From positions 14,916 to 78,915 of IMG/VR virus record IMGVR_UViG_3300014204_000161: 64,000 nucleotides of DNA, one strand, 5' to 3'. The translations under genes were made by a program, and so were the position numbers. Positions 43,290-53,469 of this stretch are shown here, piece by piece; the stretch's first letter is position 1; each line of letters starts with the position of its first letter. The notes beneath the pieces are model-generated. The model worked only from the letters and a program-made list of their open reading frames with translations. It had not been told where the DNA came from and searched no databases. This stretch comes from a virus. Its lineage: Duplodnaviria; Caudoviricetes.

Positions 43290-45436
43290 TAGTACGATTT
43301 TATCTTGATTCCTTGACTTACTAAAGCATCGTAAATTTCGTGAAGATAGAATTCTGTCAATTCGTTTGAATTTTGTTTAGGCTGTTCAGCTTTTTCCTTT
43401 TCCGTTTTCTTTTCTTCTCGTTGTTCAGCTTGGGACAATTTGCGATTGTCTTCGTTGTTTACTGTGCTGGTATGATTATTGACTGTATTCGAATTGTTTG
43501 CATTAGTTATTTGGGTTTGACCAATCGTTGATAACGTGCTTTGTACTTTTGCTAAAGTTTCATTGACTGTGGTCATAGCCTTAGTTTCTGGACTGTTTTG
43601 CATGATGCCCTTAGCTATTTCCGGAGTCAATTGCTTTTCGGCTGTTTTTACTTTAACGCCAATAGATTCTTGGTCAGATCCTTTGTTGGCAATTACATTG
43701 TGATCGCCGGTTGGAGTAGTTTTAACCGTTGCTCCAATTTGAGATCTTTCGGCCTTTCCTTCATCGATTATTTTTGCCAACAGATCCTTTTTGTCTTTGC
43801 TAGGATCATGTGGCTCAGAATCAGCCATTGCCTTCTTATCTACGGTCGGCGATTTTGATAGAATGTTAGTGACTGGAGCAGAACTTACTTTATTGATCAC
43901 TTGTGTTTTGTCTTCTGCTTTTTGTTCTTTCGCCTTTTCTTTTTCTTCAACTGCAGTTCCTGTCTGACCTGGCGTAGTTGGAGTAGCCTTATCCCCAAAA
44001 TATCCGACCTCTTCTAACATTTGCAATTTGAGCAAGGTTGCTTTAAGTTCGGTGTAATCGTACTTCTGTTCAGGTTTTTCCTTTTCATCAGCTACGATTT
44101 TGGTTGCTGAACTAGGAGTAGTTGTAGCATTTTTATTTACAGTAGTTGCTTCTGGTTTCAAAGCTTTACTTTGATCAGTCGGTACTTCCTTTTCTTTTTT
44201 AATGACCTTTCCATTTTCGTCAACCTGTTGATAGCTGATTGGTTTGAAATTCGACCCTACTGATTCGATTGCACTTATACTTTTTTCCTTTGGTACTAAG
44301 GACTCGTGTATTACTGCTAATGATGATGCTGCTGGCGAACTGTTTCCAACGTTAGCTTTGTCATCCTTTGCTGAGCCGTCTGGGTTCAGACCGTGTTCAG
44401 CATAGTACTTAGCTAGGGCCAATTCAACAGTCAGGACTTCTCCAGGAAGAGTCGTTTGCTTGTTAGTTTTATTCTCTTCCTTTGACTGATCTACTGGGAC
44501 CTTTGGATTATTTTGGACCACAGTTGCTTCCTTAACCGCTTCCTTCTTTTCTTGTTTGCCTGGATCGACTATCGTTGTACTGGGTGTAGTATTTTCAGGT
44601 TTGCTAGTTATTACTGGTTCAACTTTATCTGCTTGACTAGTGACCGTGCTTCCCGGAGTCAATTCGGTGTTCTTCTCTTTCGTTAAATCTGTAGTACTGG
44701 TCGACTTTTCGATCAGAGTTTCTTTGCCGCCTTTTGATTCTGGAACATTCACGTTAACCGTGACAGTTGGAGGTTCAGTTTTTTCCTTTAGACTTTCCTT
44801 TACTTGATTAACATCAGTTTCCTTAGATCCATCGCCAGACGTAACGTACGGTTCCTTATTTGTTAGAGCTGGATCGTTTTTGGTGGCTGCACTTTCTGCT
44901 AATTTAGCTGGAGTAGGTTCGACCTTTTTATTTCGATCTCCTGCCTTTTCTAAATCTTCAATAGAGCCGCTTATTGAATCTTCTCCGTTCTTTAATATTT
45001 CAGTGATTGCTCGTTCCTTAGCTGCTTCTGGCGAAGTTTCGGCCATTGGCGTTTCGGAATAAAGTTCATTTTCCCAATGTCCCTTATTCAAGTTATGGCC
45101 AATTTCGTAAAGGTAGAAATTCTTGGTGGATCCATCATCCAATGATATAACTTCGTACTCGTAGGTGTAAGTAGTTGGATTAGAATCACCTAGCATAGCA
45201 TTCTCAGCTTCTGCCTGCTTTTGAAAACTTGACTTCTTTGGAGGTTCGCCAGTGGCATCGATCACATCACGTATCGATTTTTCAGCATCATTCATTTCCT
45301 TCTTTTGATCATCTGCTGTTTTGGCATAGCTTGCGAATTTCCTAGTTGCATTAAGAATAATTTTGCCAGCAGCATCGAACGTTTCTACGTAAATCGTGTT
45401 GCCATCTATCCTACTTTTAACTGTGTATGTTGCCAA
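43289..45436 (-). CDS. Tape-measure-like or low-complexity tail protein
   Basis: 715 aa, K/E/T-rich, directly downstream of gp26/gp51-like genes; late promoter at ~45457. Confidence 0.5.
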   Translation of the reverse strand: MATYTVKSRIDGNTIYVETFDAAGKIILNATRKFASYAKTADDQKKEMNDAEKSIRDVIDATGEPPKKSSFQKQAEAENAMLGDSNPTTYTYEYEVISLDDGSTKNFYLYEIGHNLNKGHWENELYSETPMAETSPEAAKERAITEILKNGEDSISGSIEDLEKAGDRNKKVEPTPAKLAESAATKNDPALTNKEPYVTSGDGSKETDVNQVKESLKEKTEPPTVTVNVNVPESKGGKETLIEKSTSTTDLTKEKNTELTPGSTVTSQADKVEPVITSKPENTTPSTTIVDPGKQEKKEAVKEATVVQNNPKVPVDQSKEENKTNKQTTLPGEVLTVELALAKYYAEHGLNPDGSAKDDKANVGNSSPAASSLAVIHESLVPKEKSISAIESVGSNFKPISYQQVDENGKVIKKEKEVPTDQSKALKPEATTVNKNATTTPSSATKIVADEKEKPEQKYDYTELKATLLKLQMLEEVGYFGDKATPTTPGQTGTAVEEKEKAKEQKAEDKTQVINKVSSAPVTNILSKSPTVDKKAMADSEPHDPSKDKKDLLAKIIDEGKAERSQIGATVKTTPTGDHNVIANKGSDQESIGVKVKTAEKQLTPEIAKGIMQNSPETKAMTTVNETLAKVQSTLSTIGQTQITNANNSNTVNNHTSTVNNEDNRKLSQAEQREEKKTEKEKAEQPKQNSNELTEFYLHEIYDALVSQGIKIKSY

Positions 45437-45479
45437 GGGCTGAGAATCTTTTTGTTATTTATTAGAAAGAGAAAAGGCC

Positions 45480-45656
45480 TTAGTCTTTCGACTCGGCCCT
45501 ATCTAATTCCATCTTTTCATTTACCTGCGTTCCAGATTCCTGGATCAGCAAGTTCAAGTAGTAAATGTATTCGTAATACGGTAATGCATACAGACTGTCG
45601 AAAGATTGATTAAGCTTCACTGCTAGAATCCGGTTAATCTCAAATAAGTTCGTCAA
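45480..45656 (-). CDS. gp51-like baseplate/tail assembly protein
   Basis: LTNLFEINRILAVKLNQSFDSLYALPYYEYIYYLNLL resembles gp51; only a TTG (45656) is available near the expected start. Confidence 0.6.
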   Translation of the reverse strand: MTNLFEINRILAVKLNQSFDSLYALPYYEYIYYLNLLIQESGTQVNEKMELDRAESKD

Positions 45657-46650
45657 GTCCGCCTGAAATAAAGAAAAGATCTTTGATCGTGAAGCCGAAC
45701 TTTGAAAAAAGAGGAGTTGACACTGGTTTTCCACACTTTGGACACGATGTTCCAACCATGGATAACCTAGCGTCCTCCAGCATCTTTACGAATTTCGTAA
45801 CGAATGTGAACTTATTGATGTGCCATGAGTAATTCTCAGTGGCCAAATCCTGGTATTTTTGCTGCGTGAAGTTCTGCCAGTCCTGAATGAGGTACGGGGC
45901 AATCGGAATGAAAGCTTTATCGATCTTCCTGCCGTCTGCTCTAGCTTGAGTTATCCTAGCTCTGAGCTTTTCTACTGCTCCAATAGTTGGCATGTAAATG
46001 TAGAAAGTTTCGTTTAGCTTCTGGGATTCGATCTCGAAGCATTTGTACTGTGGAGAGTAGTACTTCATCACGTCATCCGGAAAATCGATGAAACTGAGCA
46101 TCGGGCTCTTCACCTGAAGTTCGTCGGTCCATTTTTCCTGATCAACGCATGGACCTGGACAAGTGAATCTCACGAAGATTGCATTCTGGTCGTCAGGGAA
46201 AGTAATTTCCTGAATAAGGAAAATGAGAGCAAGACGATCGAGTTCGGAAACATCTCGCCAAGTAAGCCAAGCACGTCCTCCCTTAATTTTTATCCTGCAA
46301 CATTTTTCGATAATGAAGTTCAGGGTATCGTCGACGTCCAATCTGTCGTCCTCGTCCATGGTGGACCATTGCCTGATTTCACTAACTCCTGCTGAGCGTA
46401 TGGTGATTTCTGTTCCGTCTGGGTAGAATAGTCCCCTAGACGGAAGGTTTTCTAACGGAACGTTTTTCCAATGGGAGTCGTTAGATCCTCCAATTGTGGA
46501 TTCTGTCATTGGCGTTATTGCTCTGCCTAGATTGGGCGGAACTTGATTTACGACAGGTTGCGGAGTTTCTTGGTTCTTTCCGAACTTCCTGTCCTGTTCT
46601 TCCAAAAAATCACGGCCAGCAGATTCCAGGTTATCACCCTTTTCTTGCAT
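45640..46650 (-). CDS. gp26-like baseplate hub or tail assembly chaperone
   Basis: LPSRGLFYPDG...IR...E...N.I...C motif and C-terminal CPKCG. Confidence 0.75.
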   Translation of the reverse strand: MQEKGDNLESAGRDFLEEQDRKFGKNQETPQPVVNQVPPNLGRAITPMTESTIGGSNDSHWKNVPLENLPSRGLFYPDGTEITIRSAGVSEIRQWSTMDEDDRLDVDDTLNFIIEKCCRIKIKGGRAWLTWRDVSELDRLALIFLIQEITFPDDQNAIFVRFTCPGPCVDQEKWTDELQVKSPMLSFIDFPDDVMKYYSPQYKCFEIESQKLNETFYIYMPTIGAVEKLRARITQARADGRKIDKAFIPIAPYLIQDWQNFTQQKYQDLATENYSWHINKFTFVTKFVKMLEDARLSMVGTSCPKCGKPVSTPLFSKFGFTIKDLFFISGGLDELI

Positions 46651-46686
46651 GGGACTAAATTATTTTACTAATTTATTTATTAGATT

Positions 46687-47139
46687 TTATATCAGGAACT
46701 CCAGGAAGGTTTTTGCTCGGTGATTCCTGGACTCGGTGAGTCGGTTCAGGGTCTGAGGATAGACCTCGATAAGCTTTCTGGTTTTAGGATCCCTAATGAA
46801 AGCTCTAATGGTTTGAGTTGGGCGGTCGATTTTAAGGGAATCGAAGATCCCGAAAACTACTGTTGGCTGACTTTTTTCGTTAGTAAATACTGAGTTCACC
46901 TTTACGCCACTAATCCGTGACCCCTTCTTAAACATTTGGCTAAGCTTATTGATCTCATCAGCGAATGAATCTACGTTCACAGGAGCCACCCTAGAGAGAT
47001 CTGCGAGTGGCAGGATCTTAATAGCGATGCCATTACTGTAAGGAGACCGTGAAGCAGCAAAATTGAAATTTGATCTTCCGTAAAATGGAAGACCTTGCAT
47101 GGCCTGCTGCCTCTGTCCAAATGTCATGATTGGTATCAT
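46687..47139 (-). CDS. Hypothetical protein
   Basis: 150-aa ORF with a C-terminal LTES motif. Confidence 0.7.
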   Translation of the reverse strand: MIPIMTFGQRQQAMQGLPFYGRSNFNFAASRSPYSNGIAIKILPLADLSRVAPVNVDSFADEINKLSQMFKKGSRISGVKVNSVFTNEKSQPTVVFGIFDSLKIDRPTQTIRAFIRDPKTRKLIEVYPQTLNRLTESRNHRAKTFLEFLI

Positions 47140-47474
47140 TAGACCATAGTAGGTAAGTTTGTCGTTCCTAGAAGAACGATAGTTCCATCAACTGCTGCCG
47201 TTAACTTAGCAACTTGACAGTAGAAAGTGCCGCCTGCTGGGATCTTGATCGTTACTCCGGTTCCACTAGTTCCCTGAACAACGGTCCATACTGTAACGTC
47301 CTGTGCTGAGGCTGCGCAATTATGAACCCCAAACCAAGTTGGTGACATGGTTCCAATTGAACCAGGAATACCATCATTAAGGATAGCTCCACTAGGATTC
47401 GTGTCAGTAAACACCGGCGTATAGATTGTGGCATTATTTGCGTGTTTCTGTACGTATTTTGCAATTACATTCAT
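47139..47474 (-). CDS. Small beta-rich structural protein
   Basis: 111-aa ORF coupled in the operon. Confidence 0.65.
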   Translation of the reverse strand: MNVIAKYVQKHANNATIYTPVFTDTNPSGAILNDGIPGSIGTMSPTWFGVHNCAASAQDVTVWTVVQGTSGTGVTIKIPAGGTFYCQVAKLTAAVDGTIVLLGTTNLPTMV

Positions 47475-47488
47475 TGGTTACAATATTT

Positions 47489-48208
47489 TTAGCAAGCGCA
47501 ATCGCTAACGCTGGCATTGCTCTTAGTATAAACGATCAATCCATTTACTGTAGCACAACCTTTAGTATTGTTCGTTATCTCTATTCTATTTATCAGTTTG
47601 ACGGCTGACATACTTGTCGGATTCGAAAAGTGAGCGAAAAATGATTCTAACGGCATAGTATTGACCTGTTCGACATAATTTCCAGAACCATCATCTTTCA
47701 TGCAAGTTATAGTCAATGTGCAATTGTTATCTTCTATCAGAGTTTCATCGCCTTCTGAATCAGTTGAAGAATAAGTTACATATAGTAGGATTCCCCTGGC
47801 ATAATTCTTGGTGTTCGTCAAAAGGTAGTAAGCCGGTAAACTGGAAGCTCCGCCTGCTCCGATCGGTTCGATGTATTCCGTTCCATTTCCCAATGGATAA
47901 TTAACTGGAGTGTTTGCTGGCTGATAGGTTGGTACAATCGTGTCCAATGAGTTATCGAACAATTGAAGGGTATCACCGGAGCATATTTCAAAATTTATCT
48001 GATTCTGTGTATCGACCGGGTAAATGAAATTCTGTAGGGCGCACCATGATGCGTCAGTCTGTGCCTGATTGAAGACCATGAAGCACTTATCGACCAGCCT
48101 AAGTGTCTTTTTTCCACTTGTTTGAGAAGCGCAAAGATTTGCAAAAGCAGCGCTGGTTCTCTTTTTTAATGGGTCGTCATTGTATTGAATGTATGCCATG
48201 TCAGTCAA
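47489..48208 (-). CDS. Putative structural protein
   Basis: 239-aa beta-rich ORF. Confidence 0.65.
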   Translation of the reverse strand: MTDMAYIQYNDDPLKKRTSAAFANLCASQTSGKKTLRLVDKCFMVFNQAQTDASWCALQNFIYPVDTQNQINFEICSGDTLQLFDNSLDTIVPTYQPANTPVNYPLGNGTEYIEPIGAGGASSLPAYYLLTNTKNYARGILLYVTYSSTDSEGDETLIEDNNCTLTITCMKDDGSGNYVEQVNTMPLESFFAHFSNPTSMSAVKLINRIEITNNTKGCATVNGLIVYTKSNASVSDCAC

Positions 48209-48214
48209 CTATTT

Positions 48215-48961
48215 TTACGGATCGTGAGGCCGTTTTAACACTGGGAAGTGTTCTCCCCTAGCAACTATTTCGTCAACGGTTTTAGTATGGCGAGTAGTTT
48301 CATCTATGTTATTTAATTGCGGAGTGACGGCAAGTTGTTCCGTAGTCGCAGGTATTACTTCCGGTTCGGTGGTAGTTGTGACAGATTCTTCAATCGGTTG
48401 ACTTGGTTCTGGTATTTTCTCTGCGATTGTAGTTGTTGCGGTTTCAAGTTGAGGTAATTCTTCCGGCTCCGAAGGTGGAAGACTAACTGGCTTCTCTTCA
48501 GTTATTTCAGCCGGTTCATTTTTGGTTTCGTCCGGTTTGATGTAATCGACTAGGGCTTTGATGAAGCCTAATGCTACCATTGGTAGGATTGCTCCACTGA
48601 TTAGACCGAGGATTCGTTTCTGATAAATTATATCCTCGTCCACCAGACCAAACAGTTCTATCCATTGCTGGTAATCCTTTGCGTGAGAGTATGCGAAGTA
48701 AGTATTTCCCATTGCCTGCATTGCCGTTAGAACAATGAACAGGGCCCAAACTATAGTCTTATTCATCTTGCGCAATGCAACGATAGAAGCCAATGAAGCC
48801 GCAGCTCCAACTTCGTAAGCCACAGCAAGGCCAATTGCCAACCACATCGGGTTAGTTAACGCGAAAAAATCAACGACGTGAACCGTTGATATGAGGGAAG
48901 TAATTACGTAGAGCAACGTGAATGCACTTATTACGAAATAGTGCACCGTTTTCTTTTTCAT
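48215..48961 (-). CDS. Four-TM membrane protein with a P/E/T-rich tail (holin-like candidate)
   Basis: Four hydrophobic helices in the first 145 aa. Confidence 0.7.
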   Translation of the reverse strand: MKKKTVHYFVISAFTLLYVITSLISTVHVVDFFALTNPMWLAIGLAVAYEVGAAASLASIVALRKMNKTIVWALFIVLTAMQAMGNTYFAYSHAKDYQQWIELFGLVDEDIIYQKRILGLISGAILPMVALGFIKALVDYIKPDETKNEPAEITEEKPVSLPPSEPEELPQLETATTTIAEKIPEPSQPIEESVTTTTEPEVIPATTEQLAVTPQLNNIDETTRHTKTVDEIVARGEHFPVLKRPHDP

Positions 48962-48964
48962 CTA

Positions 48965-49261
48965 TTATTTGCTTCCAATTTTTTTAAGCTCCTCGTCAAT
49001 AGCAGTTTGACGATTAACATCTAGCATTTTTCGATCGGTTGCCTGAATCATACGTTTTTCTGCTTTTAGACCTTCGATCGTGAGAGCTTTAGTCAATTCA
49101 TCACGAGTTGCGATAGACTCTAACCTGGCATTCGTTATCTTATCCTGCTTCTCCAGTTTGTCCAACTTACGAGAAGTGGAACAGTTCTGGACGAATAGAA
49201 TGGCGAAGACGAAGCCAAAAGCTACTAGGATCTTGATGATGTGTTGTTCAATGAATTTCAT
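48965..49261 (-). CDS. Single-TM or lipoprotein coiled-coil protein
   Basis: ILVAFGFVFAILFVQNC followed by a coiled coil. Confidence 0.7.
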   Translation of the reverse strand: MKFIEQHIIKILVAFGFVFAILFVQNCSTSRKLDKLEKQDKITNARLESIATRDELTKALTIEGLKAEKRMIQATDRKMLDVNRQTAIDEELKKIGSK

Positions 49262-49282
49262 CGATGTTCGTCTTTTAGTTAT

Positions 49283-49795
49283 TTATTTCGAAGTCATTGT
49301 GTTGCTAATCCAATCGGCTATGCTCTGATAGTTAAATCCCAATTGAATCAGGAAATAAAGAGCGAACCCAGCAACGGCTCCCCAAGTCATAACGTATAGG
49401 ACGTCCCATATTGTAGCGATCGGGCGATACTTTATCTGAATCAAGTACGCATAGTAATCAGCGTTCTTTATTCTTTCGGTCTGAGCTTCAATGATTTCTC
49501 CCAATCCTGCCTTTTCGAACAAAGGTTTCTTTTTGGATAGAGATTCGTACACTCGACTCTTTTCTAAGTCGAGAACTTCATCACCCATCATTAGCGTTTC
49601 AGGTTCCAGATTGAGAACGTAATACGCTCGGTATCGTTTGTCCAGGCGCATTCCGTTCGTCTTTAAGGAACCATCGACGAGCAGGATCTTCAACTGTTTC
49701 TGGTAGAATTTCCTGTTCGCAAAATTACGAAGCACCTTGGTCAAGGTTTCGTAAAAAGTTCGTGGTTTTAATGCCTCAAGTAATGTCATACTCAA
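49283..49795 (-). CDS. Hypothetical protein with a C-terminal TM helix
   Basis: 170-aa ORF. Confidence 0.7.
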   Translation of the reverse strand: MSMTLLEALKPRTFYETLTKVLRNFANRKFYQKQLKILLVDGSLKTNGMRLDKRYRAYYVLNLEPETLMMGDEVLDLEKSRVYESLSKKKPLFEKAGLGEIIEAQTERIKNADYYAYLIQIKYRPIATIWDVLYVMTWGAVAGFALYFLIQLGFNYQSIADWISNTMTSK

Positions 49796-50430
49796 AAATA
49801 TTCGTTAATTTGTTCCCTCATGTGCGGGTTGTTTTCTAACACACGGTCTCTTAACATTTTACGAGCCTTACGGATCTTGGTTTTAACCGTGTTGAGATTC
49901 ATGTCGTACTTGACTGCAATATCATTTCCCTTCATCTGGTTTATTTCTTTATCTATAAGGATGTCCTTTTCGATGCATTCTGGTAAAGCGAACATTTCAG
50001 CATGGGTCATTGCGAATAAAGAGTTGAGGTACTCCTCACGTTCCAAGTTAGAACTTGAATTGTCTTCGATTACCGGAGGATGAGTTAAACTGTCAAGCTT
50101 TACTGTGATTTGCCTGGTAATCTTGTGCTTGTGAAGTAGGGCTTCATTCCTGGCGATTGTGTAAATCCAAGTAGTGAAGCGGTAATCGTCATTGTAGGAT
50201 TCGAGGCCTTTGAAAATTTTGAATAGTGTGTTGTGAAGGGCCTCTTCTGTTTCGATGCTTGCCTCTGGTTGATCCTTAAAAAACTTCCAAATGAAAAATT
50301 TGAGCTTCGGGTACATTATTGATGCTAACCGATTTCTGTCTTTCTCCGTGTAATTTTTTCCGTTGATTTTTTCAGCGAGTGCTTGCATTTCGTCGTTAAG
50401 TTGCTTGTTGATTTCATCGTACGCGTTCAT
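49792..50430 (-). CDS. ECF-type sigma-70 family RNA polymerase sigma factor
   Basis: Region 2 TEEAL..T..KIF...Y..D..FTTWIYTIARN; region 4 IA.KYDMNLNTVKTKIRKAR. Confidence 0.9.
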   Translation of the reverse strand: MNAYDEINKQLNDEMQALAEKINGKNYTEKDRNRLASIMYPKLKFFIWKFFKDQPEASIETEEALHNTLFKIFKGLESYNDDYRFTTWIYTIARNEALLHKHKITRQITVKLDSLTHPPVIEDNSSSNLEREEYLNSLFAMTHAEMFALPECIEKDILIDKEINQMKGNDIAVKYDMNLNTVKTKIRKARKMLRDRVLENNPHMREQINEYF

Positions 50431-50446
50431 ATTAAGTTGGTTATTT

Positions 50447-51175
50447 TTACTTTAAGAATTGATGGTTCGGATTTTTGTCTTTCCATTCTTCGTATCTCTT
50501 TATTATCTGGATCAGAATGTCTTTTCTCATAACGTCTTCTTCTCCAAACTTATGCACTGCTAAGCCGGCAAGTCCTTTCATCAGCTTAATAAAGTCAGGA
50601 AGCGCTACCTGTTCTCTGGCGATGTCAGATTGACTGACGTCTCCACAGACCACGGCCTTCGATTCCTTACCCAATCTTGTGATGAATAGCATAAGCTGTT
50701 TGAAGTTAGCATTTTGCGCTTCATCAAGGACCATCAAGCAGTCGTCGAACGTTGACCCACGCATGTAGGCCAATGGACGGTACTCAATTACTCCCATCTG
50801 CTCGAGCCAGCTCACAAGATGAGGGTTTTTCAGCAATTTTACTAAATTGGACCGATAACTTTCCATGAAAGGATCAATTTTCTCCTTTATGTCACCTGGG
50901 AGGAATCCCAGCTTCTCGCCCGATTCTTGGATGGGCTTGGAGAGAATTATCTTATTGATCTTTCCTGCAGTGTAAAGTTTGAGGGCAGCCAGGCAAGCAG
51001 TAAATGTTTTACTGGTTCCAGCTGGCCCGTAACAAAATGTAATGTCATTCTCTGCGATTAAGTTTAAGTACTTAGTTTGCGAATGATTTAATGTGATGTG
51101 TTGTAGGTCGTTCTCTGTGATTTCAAGACCAATGATTCTTTTTGGTTTACGTGGTTCTCTGGGTTGTTTAGCCAT
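50447..51175 (-). CDS. phoH: PhoH-family ATPase
   Basis: GPAGTSKT, LGFLPGD..EK..P, LAYMRGSTF, LDEAQN, GD.SQSD; start moved to ATG 51175. Confidence 0.95.
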   Translation of the reverse strand: MAKQPREPRKPKRIIGLEITENDLQHITLNHSQTKYLNLIAENDITFCYGPAGTSKTFTACLAALKLYTAGKINKIILSKPIQESGEKLGFLPGDIKEKIDPFMESYRSNLVKLLKNPHLVSWLEQMGVIEYRPLAYMRGSTFDDCLMVLDEAQNANFKQLMLFITRLGKESKAVVCGDVSQSDIAREQVALPDFIKLMKGLAGLAVHKFGEEDVMRKDILIQIIKRYEEWKDKNPNHQFLK

Positions 51176-51464
51176 TCGATTTCTTTTTTTTCTTACTCTC
51201 ATTCAGTTTGTCCTGAACGCTCTTGCATTTCTGACACATTTCGTAATCCTCAATGCTTTCAAAAAATGTGCGAGCCTTTTCAAGGACAGTTTCCCATTCG
51301 TCTTTTTTTGCTATTACATCGATTTCCTCCTCCATTATTTTTATCTTCTTCAAGTAGATCTGCTTCTTGCTTCCGACGATCGATTCTTCTATCGCTTCGA
51401 TCAACTGTGAAAATATTTGCTTCTTATTGATTAGGTAATTCTTGGCATCATCGATTGGTTTCAT
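51168..51464 (-). CDS. Hypothetical protein
   Basis: 98-aa ORF with a C-terminal EDYEMCQKC (UVR-like) motif. Confidence 0.7.
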   Translation of the reverse strand: MKPIDDAKNYLINKKQIFSQLIEAIEESIVGSKKQIYLKKIKIMEEEIDVIAKKDEWETVLEKARTFFESIEDYEMCQKCKSVQDKLNESKKKKKSNG

Positions 51465-53469
51465 TCATTTGTCGATATTTTTCAACAGACTCAACGTACT
51501 GTTTCAATTCTTCAGAATTACTTCCATAGAATCTTTCCGATATTTCACGGTAGTTCTTTATGTAATCTTCTCCCATTGCTGGATTAACACCAGCGCTTCT
51601 TGCTATTCCAAGGCCAGAACCATTAAGCTCATTAAGGATGCCGTAATCGTAATTAGTTCCCTTGTTGAAGTACAAGTCCTTCAAGTACTTTTCATGCACT
51701 TCTGCCATGTACTCGGCTGGCATCCTATCGAGTTCAGCATTAGCTATTTCCCAGAAATTAGGAGATTCAAAGAACACTGCAGTATTCACGCAAGTCATAG
51801 CAAGGTCATCATTGCCGCTTTGACCACGATACGTACCGTTTCTGGTCCTACCGAAAGACCCAAGCTCGTGAATAGTCTTAAACTCGTTCGGTAAGATCTT
51901 ATTGACTGCGGTTAGGTACTTAAACCTTTCGCAGAACTTGATCTTATTGTTCACGTTCAGTTTCAATCCAGGCTTCCAAGCTTGAGCAGCTTCGGTATGC
52001 TTAGAAAATATTAACATACCACTCCAGTAGTTTTCGTTCTGCATTATTTTGTCCATGATGTACTCACCCTTGTGGTTCAATTCGACGAGAAGTCGAACTT
52101 TTTCCGGATTGAACACCTTGTAAATCAAATGTGACAGAGCATTGCAATACTGGTTGATGTCCTTAGTGTTCGTTCTGAATGCTGCTACTTGAACTAGGGC
52201 AAAAATATCAGTCTCGTTCTTGATGAATTCTTTTACGAGTTCTAACATTTTAACTGGCAAAGCAACGAACTTGAAAACGTTGATGATGGAATAGTTTTGA
52301 TTCAAACCGTCTGCTGTGTCCACAGAGAACACGTACATGTGAGGGTCTAACTTGATCTCTTCCATCGTTAATTTTGCAAAGTTTGGATGAGCTGAGAACC
52401 CTTCCAATAATGAAAGAACATCGGGCTCTTCTGCCCATGATGGAGTAACGTACGGCAACCTCAACTTGAATATCTTCTTGAGAGTCTTTGATGACAACAA
52501 GAGAACGTCGGACGAGAAGAACTGCAACCCGTATTCCTGGTTGAAGTCTTCCTCAGAACCTAAGTCGGAGATAGTACGTCTCTTCCATTCTTCATCCCTT
52601 CCTGGGACCTGCCACCAATCGACACGTAATGCCGTGTACTGGTTCTTTCCGTTCAATGCATCCATGTAAATGTCATAGAACTTATTCATACCGTTAGGAG
52701 TCGAGGTGATGATGATCTTAGATTTCGACGTGGAAGCTGAAATAGTAGGATAAATAGCACGATAGAAGAAGTTCAAGTAAGATGGGTTGATATGGGCGAA
52801 CTCGTCGATGTACAGAAGGTGAACCGTAAAACCGATACCAGTATTTTTCGTGGTGGTACGACCGATCAGTCTGCATCCATTATCGAACCTCATCGACATG
52901 ACATTGTTCGAAACGCAACCAGGCTTTAAGAAGAAAGGCAAATGTTCGAGCACGGACTTGATCTTGTCCATGACTTCCTTGGTGGTGGTAGCGATGTTAG
53001 CTACGGTGAGGACATTCTTTTCAGTTTGGAATATCAGGAACCATGCAATGAAGATTGCAGCAGTGACGGACTTACCGATCTGACGAGAAGCGTTCAGAAT
53101 GTTCATTCGATTCTTCTTGAATGCAGATAGGATTTCCTCTTGATAATCTCTTAATGTGATCTGTTGGACACCATCATCCGTCATTACCTGCGCGTAAGTA
53201 TTCGCGAAGTACAGAACGTCATTCTTGCATTTTCGTATTTCCTCAACCTCTTCCGGGGTGTACTCGAATATGAGGTTGGGTTTCTTCCATACTGGGTCAT
53301 TGTCCTTGAAAGGAGAACTTTTTATCGTCTTGATGTCAATGACCCCGTCTTCGACGTCTTGCAATAACCTAGCGACTCGTTCCGAGGTCCATATTGCTAA
53401 GTTCTCCTGGTCGAGGTTTGATAGTTTTATTCTGGAAGATCCGCCAGTTTCGGTTAGAAAATCTTTCAT
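51448..53469 (-). CDS. terL: Terminase large subunit (T4 gp17-like)
   Basis: QITLRDYQ, ASRQIGKS (Walker A), LYIDEFAHI (Walker B), ITSTPNG, D.ADG, NDDLAM. Confidence 0.95.
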   Translation of the reverse strand: MKDFLTETGGSSRIKLSNLDQENLAIWTSERVARLLQDVEDGVIDIKTIKSSPFKDNDPVWKKPNLIFEYTPEEVEEIRKCKNDVLYFANTYAQVMTDDGVQQITLRDYQEEILSAFKKNRMNILNASRQIGKSVTAAIFIAWFLIFQTEKNVLTVANIATTTKEVMDKIKSVLEHLPFFLKPGCVSNNVMSMRFDNGCRLIGRTTTKNTGIGFTVHLLYIDEFAHINPSYLNFFYRAIYPTISASTSKSKIIITSTPNGMNKFYDIYMDALNGKNQYTALRVDWWQVPGRDEEWKRRTISDLGSEEDFNQEYGLQFFSSDVLLLSSKTLKKIFKLRLPYVTPSWAEEPDVLSLLEGFSAHPNFAKLTMEEIKLDPHMYVFSVDTADGLNQNYSIINVFKFVALPVKMLELVKEFIKNETDIFALVQVAAFRTNTKDINQYCNALSHLIYKVFNPEKVRLLVELNHKGEYIMDKIMQNENYWSGMLIFSKHTEAAQAWKPGLKLNVNNKIKFCERFKYLTAVNKILPNEFKTIHELGSFGRTRNGTYRGQSGNDDLAMTCVNTAVFFESPNFWEIANAELDRMPAEYMAEVHEKYLKDLYFNKGTNYDYGILNELNGSGLGIARSAGVNPAMGEDYIKNYREISERFYGSNSEELKQYVESVEKYRQMNETNR

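Noticed and set aside
51168-51202. Frameshift fusion of the 98-aa gene to PhoH at an A-rich run
   Set aside because: PhoH has its own overlapping ATG at 51175 and no stimulatory hairpin was seen.
51448-53469. Intein or intron in the terminase
   Set aside because: Length and motif order are normal and no C/S...HN intein ends were seen.
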